Positions 10,001-20,402 of a stretch of DNA of 64,000 bases are shown in pieces. The notes under the pieces were generated by a model. It did no database searches. It was not told the origin of the DNA and saw nothing but the letters and a program-made list of their open reading frames with translations. The DNA is from Gammaproteobacteria bacterium. GTDB taxonomy: Bacteria; Pseudomonadota; Gammaproteobacteria; Ga0077536. Position 1 is the stretch's first letter, and each line of letters starts with the position of its first letter. A program made the position numbers and the translations under genes. Location: contig CAXXLL010000002.1 in NCBI GenBank assembly GCA_963662545.2, positions 1,728,001 through 1,792,000 of the forward strand, given 5' to 3'.

Positions 10001-10339
10001 TTATTTTCGAACGTCATACATTTCGTCGTCAATGCAGGCTTTGAGGCTGCCGCCGTTTGATAGAATCACTATGTCAGGATGGTAGGCATAGGTGTAGTTG
10101 TATTCGGTACATGTAACCGATTTAGAGTAATCTACAATTAGCACACGGCCATATTCGCATCCCTCAAAACTGTCTTCCTCTTGACCATTTTCATCAAGGT
10201 ATCCCGTGACAGTACCAGAATAAATGATCTGCCAGCCAACGTAGTCGGTAATATCAACCTCACATCTAGCCTCGGCTGCACTCGAAAATAGCACAGTGAC
10301 AATCAGTAGAGAGACAAATCGTGTCATGGTTAGGGCCAT
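10001..10339 (-). CDS. Small secreted hypothetical protein
   Basis: Signal peptide ending AEA; four Cys; lower GC. Confidence 0.7.
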   Translation of the reverse strand: MALTMTRFVSLLIVTVLFSSAAEARCEVDITDYVGWQIIYSGTVTGYLDENGQEEDSFEGCEYGRVLIVDYSKSVTCTEYNYTYAYHPDIVILSNGGSLKACIDDEMYDVRK

Positions 10340-10434
10340 CGCAACTTCTATCAATCATCCTGTTGAGTTGCATCGAAAAGTGATCCGGGATTTGCATTGA
10401 AAATTGACCCACCCGGAAGAGCCAGTATGGCTCG

Positions 10435-11208
10435 TTACTTTGATAATTTTCTAGTCTTCTTTTCCTTTTTCTCGCGTATTGAACTGTTTTTGAATCGATA
10501 GCTATCATTGCCAGTCTCAGCGATATGGCAGTGATGCGTGAATCGGTCCAAAAGTGCGGTCGTCATTTTCGGGTCGACGAACACGCTCGACCATTCAGAA
10601 AAACTGAGATTCGTCGTGATGACGACGCTGGTACGTTCGTATAGCTTGCTCAGTAAATGGAAGAGCAATGCGCCGCCCGCTCGCGAGAATGGTAAATAAC
10701 CGAGTTCATCGAGAATGACGAGATCGGCATGGACAAGACGATTAGCCATTTGTCCGGGTTTGCCGTCTGCCTTTTCTTGCTCAAGCAGGTTGACAAGTTC
10801 GATGGTAGAGAAGCAGCGAACGCGCAGATGAAGATGTCTGATCGCATGGACGCCAATCGCCGTTGCTAAATGGGTCTTGCCTGTCCCAGGTCCGCCGATG
10901 AACACGACGTGGTGTGCGTCGTCGATGAAATCACCGGCATGGAGAGACTTCACCAGCGTTTGGTCAACGGCGCTCTCGGCGCAGTTGAAACCAGCCAAGT
11001 CACGGTATGCCGGGAAGCGAGCCACTTTCATTTGATAGTTGATCGAGCGCACTTCACGCTCTGCAACTTCCGCTTTGAGCAGTGACTCTAGCAGCGGCTC
11101 GGCTTGGTGATAAGCGGGCGCTTGTTGTTGAGCGAGTTCACCGATAGCGTCAGCCATGCCGTGAAGTTTTAACGATTTTAAGGTCGTCACCATGGCCTCA
11201 GCTGGCAT
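10435..11208 (-). CDS. istB: IS21 helper ATPase IstB
   Basis: [11 protein letters not shown] Walker A; [11 protein letters not shown]; [10 protein letters not shown]. Confidence 0.93.
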   Translation of the reverse strand: MPAEAMVTTLKSLKLHGMADAIGELAQQQAPAYHQAEPLLESLLKAEVAEREVRSINYQMKVARFPAYRDLAGFNCAESAVDQTLVKSLHAGDFIDDAHHVVFIGGPGTGKTHLATAIGVHAIRHLHLRVRCFSTIELVNLLEQEKADGKPGQMANRLVHADLVILDELGYLPFSRAGGALLFHLLSKLYERTSVVITTNLSFSEWSSVFVDPKMTTALLDRFTHHCHIAETGNDSYRFKNSSIREKKEKKTRKLSK

Positions 11209-12768
11209 GCATGCGCTCCCGTAAGTGATCGTAGCGATCGACATTGGCTTGCGGCTCTGCAGTCAAACTTAATCCAGCCGGCGTGTCGATAGGCGCCGGC
11301 GCGGTTGCTGCGAGCAACCGGTTTAGAATATTTATAACGTGCTGCTTCGATGGTGCGCCGGTTTCAAGCGCGAGTTCTACCGCACACAACACGGTCTGTT
11401 CGTCGTGGTGTAACACCAACGCCAGGATGTCGACCATCTCGCGGTCTCCTCCAGGACGTTTGAGCAGCATTGACTGGAGGCGTTTGAAGGCTGCTGGCAG
11501 TTCCGCAAATGGTGCACCGTTGCGCAATGCACCCGGTTTGCGTTGTAGCACCGCCAGATAATGACGCCAGTCGTATAACACTTGCGCCACACGGTCATGG
11601 CCTTGCGCAAACAATCGAGGATGTTCAACGACTGGATGGCCTGCGGCGGCAACGACGAGGCGGTCCGCGTAAACCCGTAAGCTCACAGCATGGTTCGCGA
11701 AAGCCGCGGGCACGCTGTAACGATTACGTTCGAACGCGATCAAACACGTTGGCGAGACGCGTTTGGTGTGTTCGATGAATCCATCAAACGGTGGTGGCAT
11801 CCGCATCAGCGCCGGTCGTTCATCCGCCCAGACCTCAGCGATGGTCTGTGTCGGCTGCTCCGGATGGCGGACTTCGTGCCATAGAGTCTGACAACGCGCA
11901 CTCAACCAGGTGTTGAGTTCGTCCAGGTCGGCAAACTTCGGCGCGTCGTGCCACAGTCGCGACCGTGAGTCTCTCACCCCTTTCTCGACCTGGCCCTTCT
12001 CCCAGCCGGCGGCGGGGTTACAAAATGTGGCCTCGAATAAGAAGTGACTGGCCATTGCTTGGAAACGCGCGTTGACCGCTCGGGCTTTGCCTCGGCCGAC
12101 ACGATCCACCGCCGTCTTCATGTTGTCGTAAATGCCGCGCTGCGGCACACCGCCGAGCACCGCTAACCCGTGGTTGTGGGCGTCGAAGAGCATCTCGTGG
12201 GTCTGCAACGGGTAGGCCCTGAGGATGAACGCACGGCTATAAGACAGCTTGAAATGCGCGACCATCAGCTTACGGCGCTCGCCACCGATCACTGCCCAAT
12301 CTTCGGCAATTGCTCCTGCATTGCTCTACCTCCTGCATCCGTGCAGTCGTCACTCCAGTCGAATTGGAACGCTTCTCCTGGTGCAAACACCAGCGGGACA
12401 AACGCGGCGCGGCTCGCTTTTACTGCTTCTTGCTGCTGCGCCCGCCAAGCTCGTGCGAACGCGGCGACCCGGTCGTAGGAACCACGATACCCCAGGTGAA
12501 CCAAGTCCCTGTAGAGCTGGCGTAAATTGCGCCGTTGTTTGCGACTCCGCCCTGATTCCCGCGTTAACCAAGACGACAGTACGTCCGCGTAGTCATCTAT
12601 TTTGCTAGGCGTTTTGCGCGTCGGATACACCGGCTCAACCTCACCGTTGGCCAGATACTTGCGGATTGTGTTTCTGGATAGCTTCGTCCGTCGTGCTATC
12701 TCTCGGATCGATAGGCCCTCGCGAAAGTGCCATCGCCTAATTACGCTTAATAAATCCACCGTTATCAC
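11198..12768 (-). pseudogene. istA: IS21 transposase IstA, frameshifted by a 47-bp insertion
   Basis: Two ORFs join as FQFDWS-EDWAVIGGE when 12303-12349 is removed. Confidence 0.9.
12303..12349 (-). mobile_element. 47-bp miniature insertion element
   Basis: CGACTGCACGGATGCAGGAGGTAGAGCAATGCAGGAGCAATTGCCGA with GA duplication; its removal restores the IstA frame. Confidence 0.75.
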
Positions 12769-12874
12769 TCCTTTTGTCTCCTGCTCGATTCCGAGCAGGA
12801 TAGGGTCTATGGGTGGATCAAAATTAGATGCAAATACCTACCTCAAGTGGATCACTTTTAAGTGCAAATCAACA

Positions 12875-13541
12875 GCCACTCGGCCAAGGCGGCGGAGCGA
12901 TTGAGTTTGAAGTTCTCGCGGTTGTAAAGATGACGTTCCTGGTTGAAATGATTGTGGATGGAGGCGTGGGCGGCAGCAAATTTCTGCACGGTCTTGATGT
13001 CCCTGAACCTGGCCATCGCTCTTTCTCGCCGGCAGAACGGTTGGTGTGAGTTTTCAGCTCCATGGTTGAGCCACTGACTGCAAATCTGACGATCCTCCCC
13101 CCCCAATGACTTTCATCGCAGCACCGTAGGAACGTAGGCGGTCGGTCACGATTGCTTTTGACCGGCCGTAGCACTTCATTACACGCTTCAGGAACTTCAG
13201 CGCAGCCCTGCGATCCCGACGCTTTGTGGCAAAGGCTTCAAGCACCTCGCCTTCGTGATCGAAGGCGCGCCAGAGGTAGTGCATCTCTCCGCTGATCCGT
13301 ACGAACACCTCATCAAGATGCCAACGCCACAACGAATAGGATCCGTGACGAACACGGCGTGTCCGGATCTCGGCGGCAAACAACGGACCAAACCGGTTCC
13401 ACCAATACCGTACTGTCTCATGACACACGCCGACGCCCCGTTCGTGGAGTAGATCTTCGACCTGCCTCAGGGAGAGCGAAATCTAACCTACAGCATCACC
13501 GCAAGACGGATGGTCTCGGGCGATGTCTTGAAGTATTTGAA
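12875..13541 (-). pseudogene. IS6-family transposase remnant (copy 1, ends lost)
   Basis: ETVRYWWNRFGP and WHLDE motifs; frameshifts and an in-frame TAG. Confidence 0.88.
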
Positions 13542-13586
13542 TTTGAGTGTAGAACGTTCGTAGTTCGTTTAAGGTACCAATATATT

Positions 13587-13829
13587 TCACGCCATCATTT
13601 TGAGTGCCACATAGGGAACGAAGTTGAAGATCAAAAACGCAACTTTGTAGACAGCCAAATATTGTAAATATACGTTTTGCGCCTCTTCTCGTTTCAAACC
13701 AAACATGCCGGAGTGAATCTTAGCCATCCAATTCTTGAGGGTCATCAAACAGAGCCCGGTAAATGCAAGCAGGACCAAGTTAATGACAGTGCACCAACCT
13801 ATGAATTCTGCGAGCTGTTCCATAGACAT
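13587..13829 (-). CDS. Small membrane protein (DUF6868-like)
   Basis: FIGWCTVIN...YKVAFLIFNFVPYVALK two-TM pattern. Confidence 0.7.
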   Translation of the reverse strand: MSMEQLAEFIGWCTVINLVLLAFTGLCLMTLKNWMAKIHSGMFGLKREEAQNVYLQYLAVYKVAFLIFNFVPYVALKMMA

Positions 13830-13862
13830 TGCTAGCTTCTCCTTATCTGTAGTAGTCGCGAC

Positions 13863-14667
13863 GGCATTGTCAGGCTAACTGGATCGGACATACAGAACCT
13901 CCAGTTGAGGACCCTTAGGCTGCAAGCTGACACCACTCGGCCAGGGCGGCGGCTCGGGCTTGTTTGAAAATAGCGCGGCGGTTGAGATGGCGTGGGTGGT
14001 TGAAATGGTTGTGGATCGAGGCATGGACAGCGGCGAATTTCTGTAGGGTCTTGATGTCTCTGAAGCGCGCCATCGCCCCTGCCCGTCTTCGAAAGGGTTG
14101 ATGTGAGTGTTCTGCCCGGTTGCTGAGCCAACGCCCGGTCTCTTGGCAACCTTCGTTGCCGACCACCTTCATCGCAGCACAATATGACTGTAGCCTATCC
14201 GTGACGATCGAAGCCGGCCGGCCATAACGCTTCATCGTGCGCTTCAGGAACTCAAGCGCAGCCTTGCGATCCCGCTGTTTCGTGGCAACAACCTCGAGGA
14301 CTTCGCCTTCGTGATCGACAGCACGCCACAAATAACATGTCTCGCCGTTGATCCGTACGAACACCTCATCAAGATGCCAACGCCAGTTCGAATAGGATCC
14401 ATGATGAATGCGCCGTCTCCGGATCTCGGCCGCAAACAACGGACCAAAGCGGTTCCACCAATACCGCACCGTCTCGTAACAGACGTCGACGCCCCGTTCA
14501 TGGAGTAGATCTTCGACCTGCCTCAGGGAGAGCGGAAATCTAACCTACAGCATCACCGCAAGACGGATGATCTCGGGCGATGTCTTGAAGTATTTGAAAT
14601 GGTTTTTCATTCTGAGACCCTAGACGGCATACTCCCTACACTCAACGCCGTTTCCCCTGACAATGCC
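13863..14667 (-). mobile_element. IS6-family element (copy 2), transposase 13915-14610 with early TAG
   Basis: TIR GGCATTGTCAGG at both ends; MKNHFKYFKTSPEIIRLAVML*VRFPLSLRQVED. Confidence 0.9.
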
Positions 14668-15039
14668 ACCAGCCGACCATCTGGACGGAAACGATCGGCG
14701 AGTGTCATGAGGTTATGCTGTCATGTGACAATTGGGAGCGGCGCGGATATCGGGGAAAATTTGTGCCCGGTCGAGTGCAAAAAGATGACACGTGATTTTT
14801 ATTTTGCATCGGTGAGCATTGCGGCTTTGTTTGCCGCCGGTTCGGTCGGCCGGGGTCCTTTAGATGGTCGAGTCTGAGCGTCAGCGTCTGGTCTGTTTAG
14901 GTTTTTCCTGTCGGGCGTCAACCATTACGGGACGGGTTGAGTGGATAACTCCGGTTCTTTGAGCCCGGTAAGGTTGGAACGGTTATGAGCCATTTCGGAA
15001 GGTCGATTACCGACACGTTTCGAATGCTCCAACCGGGCC

Positions 15040-15212
15040 AAGCGTTGTTGAGTGTCTTCGCCGGTATCGCAGAGTCGCTATTGGATCGAACAGTCGCCAA
15101 TACACCGAAGGGCCGCACGCTTGCCCAGCTTCGTCAAACGCGCTTCCCAAAACTCATCGGGGGCGAAATTAGCCTGTCGAACGCCGAAGAAGCCGTGGAG
15201 GCCGCGGCGTGA
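15040..15212 (+). pseudogene. hsdS: Second HsdS C-terminal remnant
   Basis: TLAQLRQTRFPKLIGGEISL resembles the HsdS TLAQLRDTLLPKLISGE ending. Confidence 0.7.
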
Positions 15213-15925
15213 GCGACAAATACCCAACCCTAGACGCCCTGGTCGCGCTCGGCTTTGAGCACCGGGAGCCCAAATTCGGCGACAAAACCGTCGGCTATCG
15301 GTTTCGCTATCTCGACTTGAAGGCCTCCGCCTCAATAAGCATGTATTTTCAGCCCGAGGTGCTTCTCGACGGCGTTCTCAAAACCGGGCGTACTCTGAGC
15401 CAAATAGAGCACCACCTTCCGGGAGATCTCGGGACCCCTCAGGAAGCCGCGGCCTGGGTAAGCTACGTTCTCAAATCGGATCGGTCCGATCTAGAGCCCT
15501 TGCCAGCTTGGTTTCTGGAGGGAGAATGCCACTGGGACCTCGTGCCGGCCGTCCGAGAGAAACAGGCACGTCGGGAAAGGTTACAGGCCTACCTGGCGGC
15601 CTACGAGGCAAGCCCTAAGTGTTTCATCGACAGGGAGTATGCCCGCCTTCTTCGGCGTAAGCTGCACGCTGCTCTGTCCGAGATTGCCGGGGAGACCGAG
15701 ATGACGTTCAACTTCGACGGGCGCGTTCTCAGCATCGCCTTGTGCGGCCTCGTGCACGAAGTCGTTGCATCGGGGGAAAGTTGGCCGTCCTCCTACCAAG
15801 TTACGGTATCCTCAGAAACGCGGCTGCCCCCCCGGTTTACCTCCTCGAAGGTTGAGGTGAACGTGTTCAAAGACAATTTGATTTTGGCGGAGCTTCGCTT
15901 GGGGCCGTGTGAGGTGGCCGCATGA
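15209..15925 (+). CDS. Hypothetical protein between hsdS and hsdR remnants
   Basis: 238-aa ORF with 4-bp overlaps to both neighbours. Confidence 0.75.
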   Translation: MSDKYPTLDALVALGFEHREPKFGDKTVGYRFRYLDLKASASISMYFQPEVLLDGVLKTGRTLSQIEHHLPGDLGTPQEAAAWVSYVLKSDRSDLEPLPAWFLEGECHWDLVPAVREKQARRERLQAYLAAYEASPKCFIDREYARLLRRKLHAALSEIAGETEMTFNFDGRVLSIALCGLVHEVVASGESWPSSYQVTVSSETRLPPRFTSSKVEVNVFKDNLILAELRLGPCEVAA

Positions 15926-16030
15926 AATTGTCTGAAAGCGAGGTCGGGCACGCCGGGCGCGGAGTGCACTGACTACAGCGCGGTCGTGGTGGGGGCGGTC
16001 GCGAGACGCGTTGGAGCGGCTGAACCTGTA
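15922..16030 (+). pseudogene. hsdR: HsdR N-terminal remnant
   Basis: MKLSESEV and TDYSAVVV..RDALERLN fragments across frameshifts. Confidence 0.55.
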
Positions 16031-16409
16031 GGCTAAGCTCTCGACAACCCACGTGATCGCGGAAAGTCCCGCTTATTCGCCCAGCACCGGGAGCTACCCA
16101 GCGCTGCATTGAACAGCTGTTGTATTCAGCGGGTGGCCCGACAGGGCGGACCACATGAGTTGTCACGGTGGGCGGTGTGCTATAGCGACGTTGAGATCGT
16201 CAATCGTATATAGGTGTTGACGAATAAACGACAACGGCTATGGGTGCTTAGTGGTCACTTTGTCAACGGTGACGCAAAAGGTTGGCAGCCGCGAGTGTGT
16301 CAACCGGCTTTGAAGGTCGCTTCTTCATGCTGAGCAATATTGCCCTCGTTTTCCGCTGGGGGTGGCCCCACCGGAGCAATCGGGCCGCGGGGACGGCCAG
16401 CGCCGGACT

Positions 16410-16760
16410 ATGAGCGGTTCTTGAAGCGCCAGCTCTCGTTGCCGGTCTCGATGATGTCGCAGTGATGTGTGAGGCAGTCGAGAGTGCGGTGGTCATCTTG
16501 GGGTCACCGAACACCGTGGGCCATTCGCCGAAGGCGAGGTGCGCTCGTAGAGACGGCTCATCAGATGAAACCGCAACTGCCCGGGGTCTGGGCGAAGGGC
16601 AGGTAACCGAGCTCGTCGAGGACGACGAGGTTGCGGCGGGCGAGCTGCTTGGCGGTGTGTCCTTGTCAACCGGCGCGGGTTTCGGCCTCAAGATAGTTGA
16701 CCAGCTCGGCAACGTCATAGCAGCGGCCGCGGGCACCATTTCGGATGCAGGCGCGCGCAC
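16410..16760 (-). pseudogene. istB: Degraded IS21 (istB C-terminus) remnant
   Basis: [19 protein letters not shown] and HCDIIETGNESWRFKN fragments. Confidence 0.75.
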
Positions 16761-17149
16761 GTGAGAGGGTACTTGTCAGGGGAGGATGCCGATTGGTCAA
16801 CCCTCTATCTATCTGAATAATAATAATCGCAAAAATCCGGCACAGCGCTCTTGTAACCGGCTGTTTCTGAAGGACCTGGCCGGCACAGACCCGGCACACC
16901 ACCTATATATTTTCGTGCCAATCAGTCAAAGATTGACCAGCTTTCTGTGCAGATGACGCCAGCCCAAACCACTGCGCCCCCCGTGGCCAGGCCGGCCGCA
17001 CCCCCTCTACACCCGCGGTCGAGAAGGGAAGTCTCGCGCGCGAGGCGCGGGGAGGGACGTTTGGACCCATAGGTACTTCCCGCGCGCCGCCGCAGCCGCG
17101 GGACACCCCCGGGTCGTCTCATCCAGCGGGTCCCATGCGACGATCGTGG

Positions 17150-17183
17150 CAGGTGCTCGATAACAGACCTTATCGCGCATCTG
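17150..17183. other. lox-like site 1 (13-8-13)
   Basis: CAGGTGCTCGATA-ACAGACCT-TATCGCGCATCTG, arms 11/13 inverted match. Confidence 0.55.
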
Positions 17184-17394
17184 AAAGGAATCGCTGCATA
17201 GGACTCGTCGCAGATTGATGAAGAAGGGCCGCGGTCTCCGCGGCGCGTGACGGAAGTCCTATGGCCCCCAGCATCCCTCTTTGCGTCCCACGCGCGCGAG
17301 TTGTTTTCCGATCTGAGCCCCACCTGGGCAAGTTTCGTGCTCGACCGGGTCGAAAATCGGTCAACATTTGACCAGCCTGACACAGAAATCTACC

Positions 17395-17820
17395 TGTGGT
17401 GTGCCAGGCGAATGCCTGAAAATCAGCAGCTTGGAAATGAGTCTGTGCCAGAGTGTGCCACCTTTGTGCCAGGCTTTTAGGCCCTATTATTGTTATTATT
17501 CAATAGGATGAAAGTAAAGAAGTTGACGTTTCTGTCGTTTTCCCGAAAAACATACCCTCATACGCGCGTACGCCTCGCACGCGCACTTTGGGGGTATGTT
17601 TTTCAGAGAATCTGTGCCAAAAGGGTGTTTTATAAATTGAATCAATAGTATAAACGGTACACTTGAATCAAAAACATAAAGGACACGCTTGAATCAACAA
17701 CATACGCGGCACACCCGAATTGAAAACATAAAGGACACTTGAATCAACAATTTAATCAATAATATACGCGGTACACTTGAATCAGAAACGTAAGTGGCAC
17801 ACTGTTGCTGGCACAAAATT
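17395..17820. repeat. Origin-like region: TGTGCCA iterons, 13-bp hairpin, AT-rich ~24-bp direct repeats
   Basis: TGTGCCA/TGGCACA copies; GAAAAACATACCC inverted pair at 17545/17592; ACACTTGAATCA-type units at 17636-17800. Confidence 0.65.
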
Positions 17821-17949
17821 ATTTTAGGCTTGTGTCGGCCCGTACAGGGGTTCACTACTCGCTGGCCATTCGAAAACCGTAAGCGCCGCGACCGCTCGCC
17901 ATCTGCCCTGGCGGCCGACGGCGAGACCGTGAAGCAGGCCAACGTGACG

Positions 17950-17997
17950 GCCGGCGGCGTTTATCCAGGCGGCCCGCCGGTCGAGCGCCACGATCTC
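17950..17997 (-). pseudogene. Tiny deleted remnant of the Cre-like recombinase gene
   Basis: Matches 19599-19635 joined to 19734-19750 via TCGAGCG. Confidence 0.55.
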
Positions 17998-18036
17998 ATC
18001 TGACGCCGGCTTTCACTACCTCCGTGCTTATAAAAT

Positions 18037-18080
18037 GGCGTTTATATACTTGACGACACGTCGTCAAGTATATAAACGCC
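18037..18080. repeat. 44-bp palindrome A (21-bp perfect arms)
   Basis: GGCGTTTATATACTTGACGAC-AC-GTCGTCAAGTATATAAACGCC. Confidence 0.9.
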
Positions 18081-18144
18081 GTATATTGGGCATTGCGGGG
18101 TAATTGGATGTTCAAGAGGCAAGGCCAGTTAGCAGACATCCACG

Positions 18145-18162
18145 ACGTTTCCGCGGAAACGT
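18145..18162. promoter_or_regulatory. 18-bp perfect palindrome, putative operator upstream of the SDR gene
   Basis: ACGTTTCCGCGGAAACGT. Confidence 0.4.
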
Positions 18163-18277
18163 TTTTTAACGAGAATGCTTCGCATTTATATCTTCTATAC
18201 TCACCCGGACCGGAAACAGTGCCCGGCGTGCAATACCCCAGGCCTGACCCCATGCGGAACTAAAGAGGAAGCTACCG

Positions 18278-19099
18278 ATGAGTGGAAAACTAGAGAATCA
18301 CGTCGCGATCGTCACCGGCGCGGCGCAAGGGGTCGGTGAGGGCGTTGCTCACGTGCTCGCGGAACACGGCGCGAAAGTGGTCGTCGCCGATATCAGACGG
18401 GACGGCGGCGAAGGCACCGCGACGGCGTTGCGTGAAGCCGGCTACGACGCTATCTTCAGTGCGGTCGACCTGCTCGATGAAGACAGCATGTGCAAACTCG
18501 TTGCCGGTACGGCAGATCGTTACGGGCGGATCGACATCCTCGCGAACGTAGCGGGTATCTACCCGGTCGATATGATCGAAGGGATGAGCACGGCGCAATG
18601 GGACAAGGTCCTCAGGGTCAACCTGACTGCCCCGTTCGTGCTGACCCGTGAATGTGCGTCGCACATGAAAAAGCTGGGACGAGGGCGGATCATCGTCACG
18701 TCTTCCATCACGGGCAACTACACGGCTTACCCCGGTATGAGCCATTATGCGGCATCCAAGGCCGGCGTGACCGGCTTTATCCGCGCTGCGGCGACGGAGT
18801 TCGCGCCTTACAAGATCACCGTGAACTCGATCGACCCCGGCGGTATGTTGACGCCGGGTCTCGAGCAGCTATGCACCCCACAGGACATCGACGTCATGGC
18901 CAAGCAGACACCCTTGCAGCGGATCGGCCAGCCGCGCGACGTTGGCAATCTGTACGCCTTTCTGGCCTCCGACGACGCCGATTACATCACCGGCACCAGC
19001 ATCCGTTGCGATGGCGGTATGGCGTTGCCCGAATCGGCCGCGCTGGCGGAGCTCAAGGAGGGCGCCTATAAAATTGACGACGCGTCGTCCCGTATATAG
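18278..19099 (+). CDS. Short-chain dehydrogenase/reductase (FabG-like)
   Basis: TGAAQGVG, NVAG and YAASK motifs; RBS AGAGG. Confidence 0.93.
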   Translation: MSGKLENHVAIVTGAAQGVGEGVAHVLAEHGAKVVVADIRRDGGEGTATALREAGYDAIFSAVDLLDEDSMCKLVAGTADRYGRIDILANVAGIYPVDMIEGMSTAQWDKVLRVNLTAPFVLTRECASHMKKLGRGRIIVTSSITGNYTAYPGMSHYAASKAGVTGFIRAAATEFAPYKITVNSIDPGGMLTPGLEQLCTPQDIDVMAKQTPLQRIGQPRDVGNLYAFLASDDADYITGTSIRCDGGMALPESAALAELKEGAYKIDDASSRI

Positions 19100-19104
19100 G
19101 CACC
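19061..19104. repeat. 44-bp palindrome B, degenerate copy of A, supplies the SDR stop codon
   Basis: GGCGCCTATAAAATTGACGACGCGTCGTCCCGTATATAGGCACC aligns ungapped to A. Confidence 0.8.
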
Positions 19105-19299
19105 GGAGCTTGACATCCCAGCGCCTACACACGGCCCAAACTTCGGGTTGGTACGCGTGCAGCGTCAAGGCTTGACGTCCCAGCGCCTTCATACTGCCCA
19201 TACTCCTGATGCATGAGCGGGTGCCTATAGGCTCGACGGCACAGCGTCAAGTTCCCGGTGCCCGCAGAATCTGGCAGCACCGGCCCACGCAGTGGCGCT

Positions 19300-19925
19300 G
19301 AGTCACGCCCCGTAGCGGAGCCTGGCGACGGCGCCCCGGCGGGCCCCGCGCATAGCGGCCCGGCATGGACGGCGATTGCCAGCGGCCCGCCTGCTGCATT
19401 TCGACCACGGAGGCCCCGGCGGCGGCCAGCGATTGCGCCGCGCCGATCCGCAGGCTGTGGCCCGAGATCCGGCCGGTGGTCCCGGCGGCCGCGGCGCGGG
19501 CCGTGATGATGCGGCGCACCGAGCGCGCGGAGAGGCGCCCCAGGACCCGGCCCCCGCCTTTGGTAATGCGGCGAAAGAGCGGCCCCTCAGCCGCAAGCCC
19601 GGCGGCGTCTATCCAGGCGGTCAACCGCTCGAGCGTGGGCGGGCCGATGAACAGGGCGGCCCCGACGCCGTCCTGATCGGTCTTGCTGCGCTTGACGGTC
19701 ACGGTGTTCTCGGCGGCGTCCAGATCGGACACATCGAGCGCCGCGATCTCACTGGTGCGCAGCAGCGCATCGCTGGCGATGGCGAGGATCGCTGCATCCC
19801 GCAGCCCGGCCAACGCACGCCCGTCACGCGCGGCGGGTGGCGGGCGCCATGGACGCCTCGAACAGATCTGCCATGGCGGCGGTGGACACGGCGCGCGCGG
19901 GGCTCAGGGCCGGGGTCTTTTGCAT
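19300..19925 (-). pseudogene. Cre-like tyrosine recombinase, internally deleted
   Basis: LLRTSEI, KRSKTDQ, GHSLRIG and GRWQSPSMPGRY catalytic residues; N-terminal ASMAPATRRA* then loss of the core-binding domain; C-terminal frameshift. Confidence 0.85.
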
Positions 19926-19941
19926 GGGGTTCTCGCCCGCT

Positions 19942-19975
19942 ATTATGTCTGATAAGAGCAATTATCGGATGTAAT
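19942..19975. other. lox-like site 2 directly upstream of the recombinase
   Basis: ATTATGTCTGATA-AGAGCAAT-TATCGGATGTAAT, 13-8-13 architecture. Confidence 0.7.
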
Positions 19976-20402
19976 AATAGAAGCGTCAATCCGGGTCAGC
20001 CGGGGCCCGAACCGGCGGAAAAAATGACCCCCTCGATGAAGCAACGTCGCTCTTGCGGCCATTAAGTAGTCCACTGCTGATGAGCGAGTTGGACGCAGGT
20101 TGACTCAACCAAAAAGGTCTTCGGAAAAGCTGGGGCGATCCACGTCGCGGCGCTTACGATTTTCGAACGGTTGGCGCGCAGCGGACCTCCGTGGCAGGGC
20201 GGGAAGTTCCCATCGCGCAATCTACATGTGCGTCATGTCGACCCAGGGTGGTCGGCACAGCGCTGTGCCAGGTTTGTGCCAGATATCCATATGATCACAT
20301 TGGAAAAAATAGGCTTTTGACACAAAAAACGAGAAAATATGTATATCTATACAGGTGCACGTATGCCCGCGCCGGGGATCCTCCCCCTCCGGCGATCCCT
20401 TT

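Larger units (their letters stand above)
10361..12874 (-). mobile_element. IS21-family element, complete ends, istA disrupted
   Basis: Ends TGTTGAGTTGCATCGAAAAGTGATCC and TGTTGATTTGCACTTAAAAGTGATCC with internal repeats; no TSD seen. Confidence 0.9.

Noticed and set aside
14540-14550. IS6 in-frame TAG as pyrrolysine or readthrough
   Set aside because: It replaces a Tyr position in decaying IS copies, and no pyl genes are present.
17636-17800. Possible CRISPR array
   Set aside because: Period is only ~24 bp, there are no unique spacers, repeats are degenerate and no cas genes are present.
18037-18080. Protelomerase telRL site
   Set aside because: No TelN-like gene; the nearby recombinase is Cre-like and has its own 13-8-13 site.
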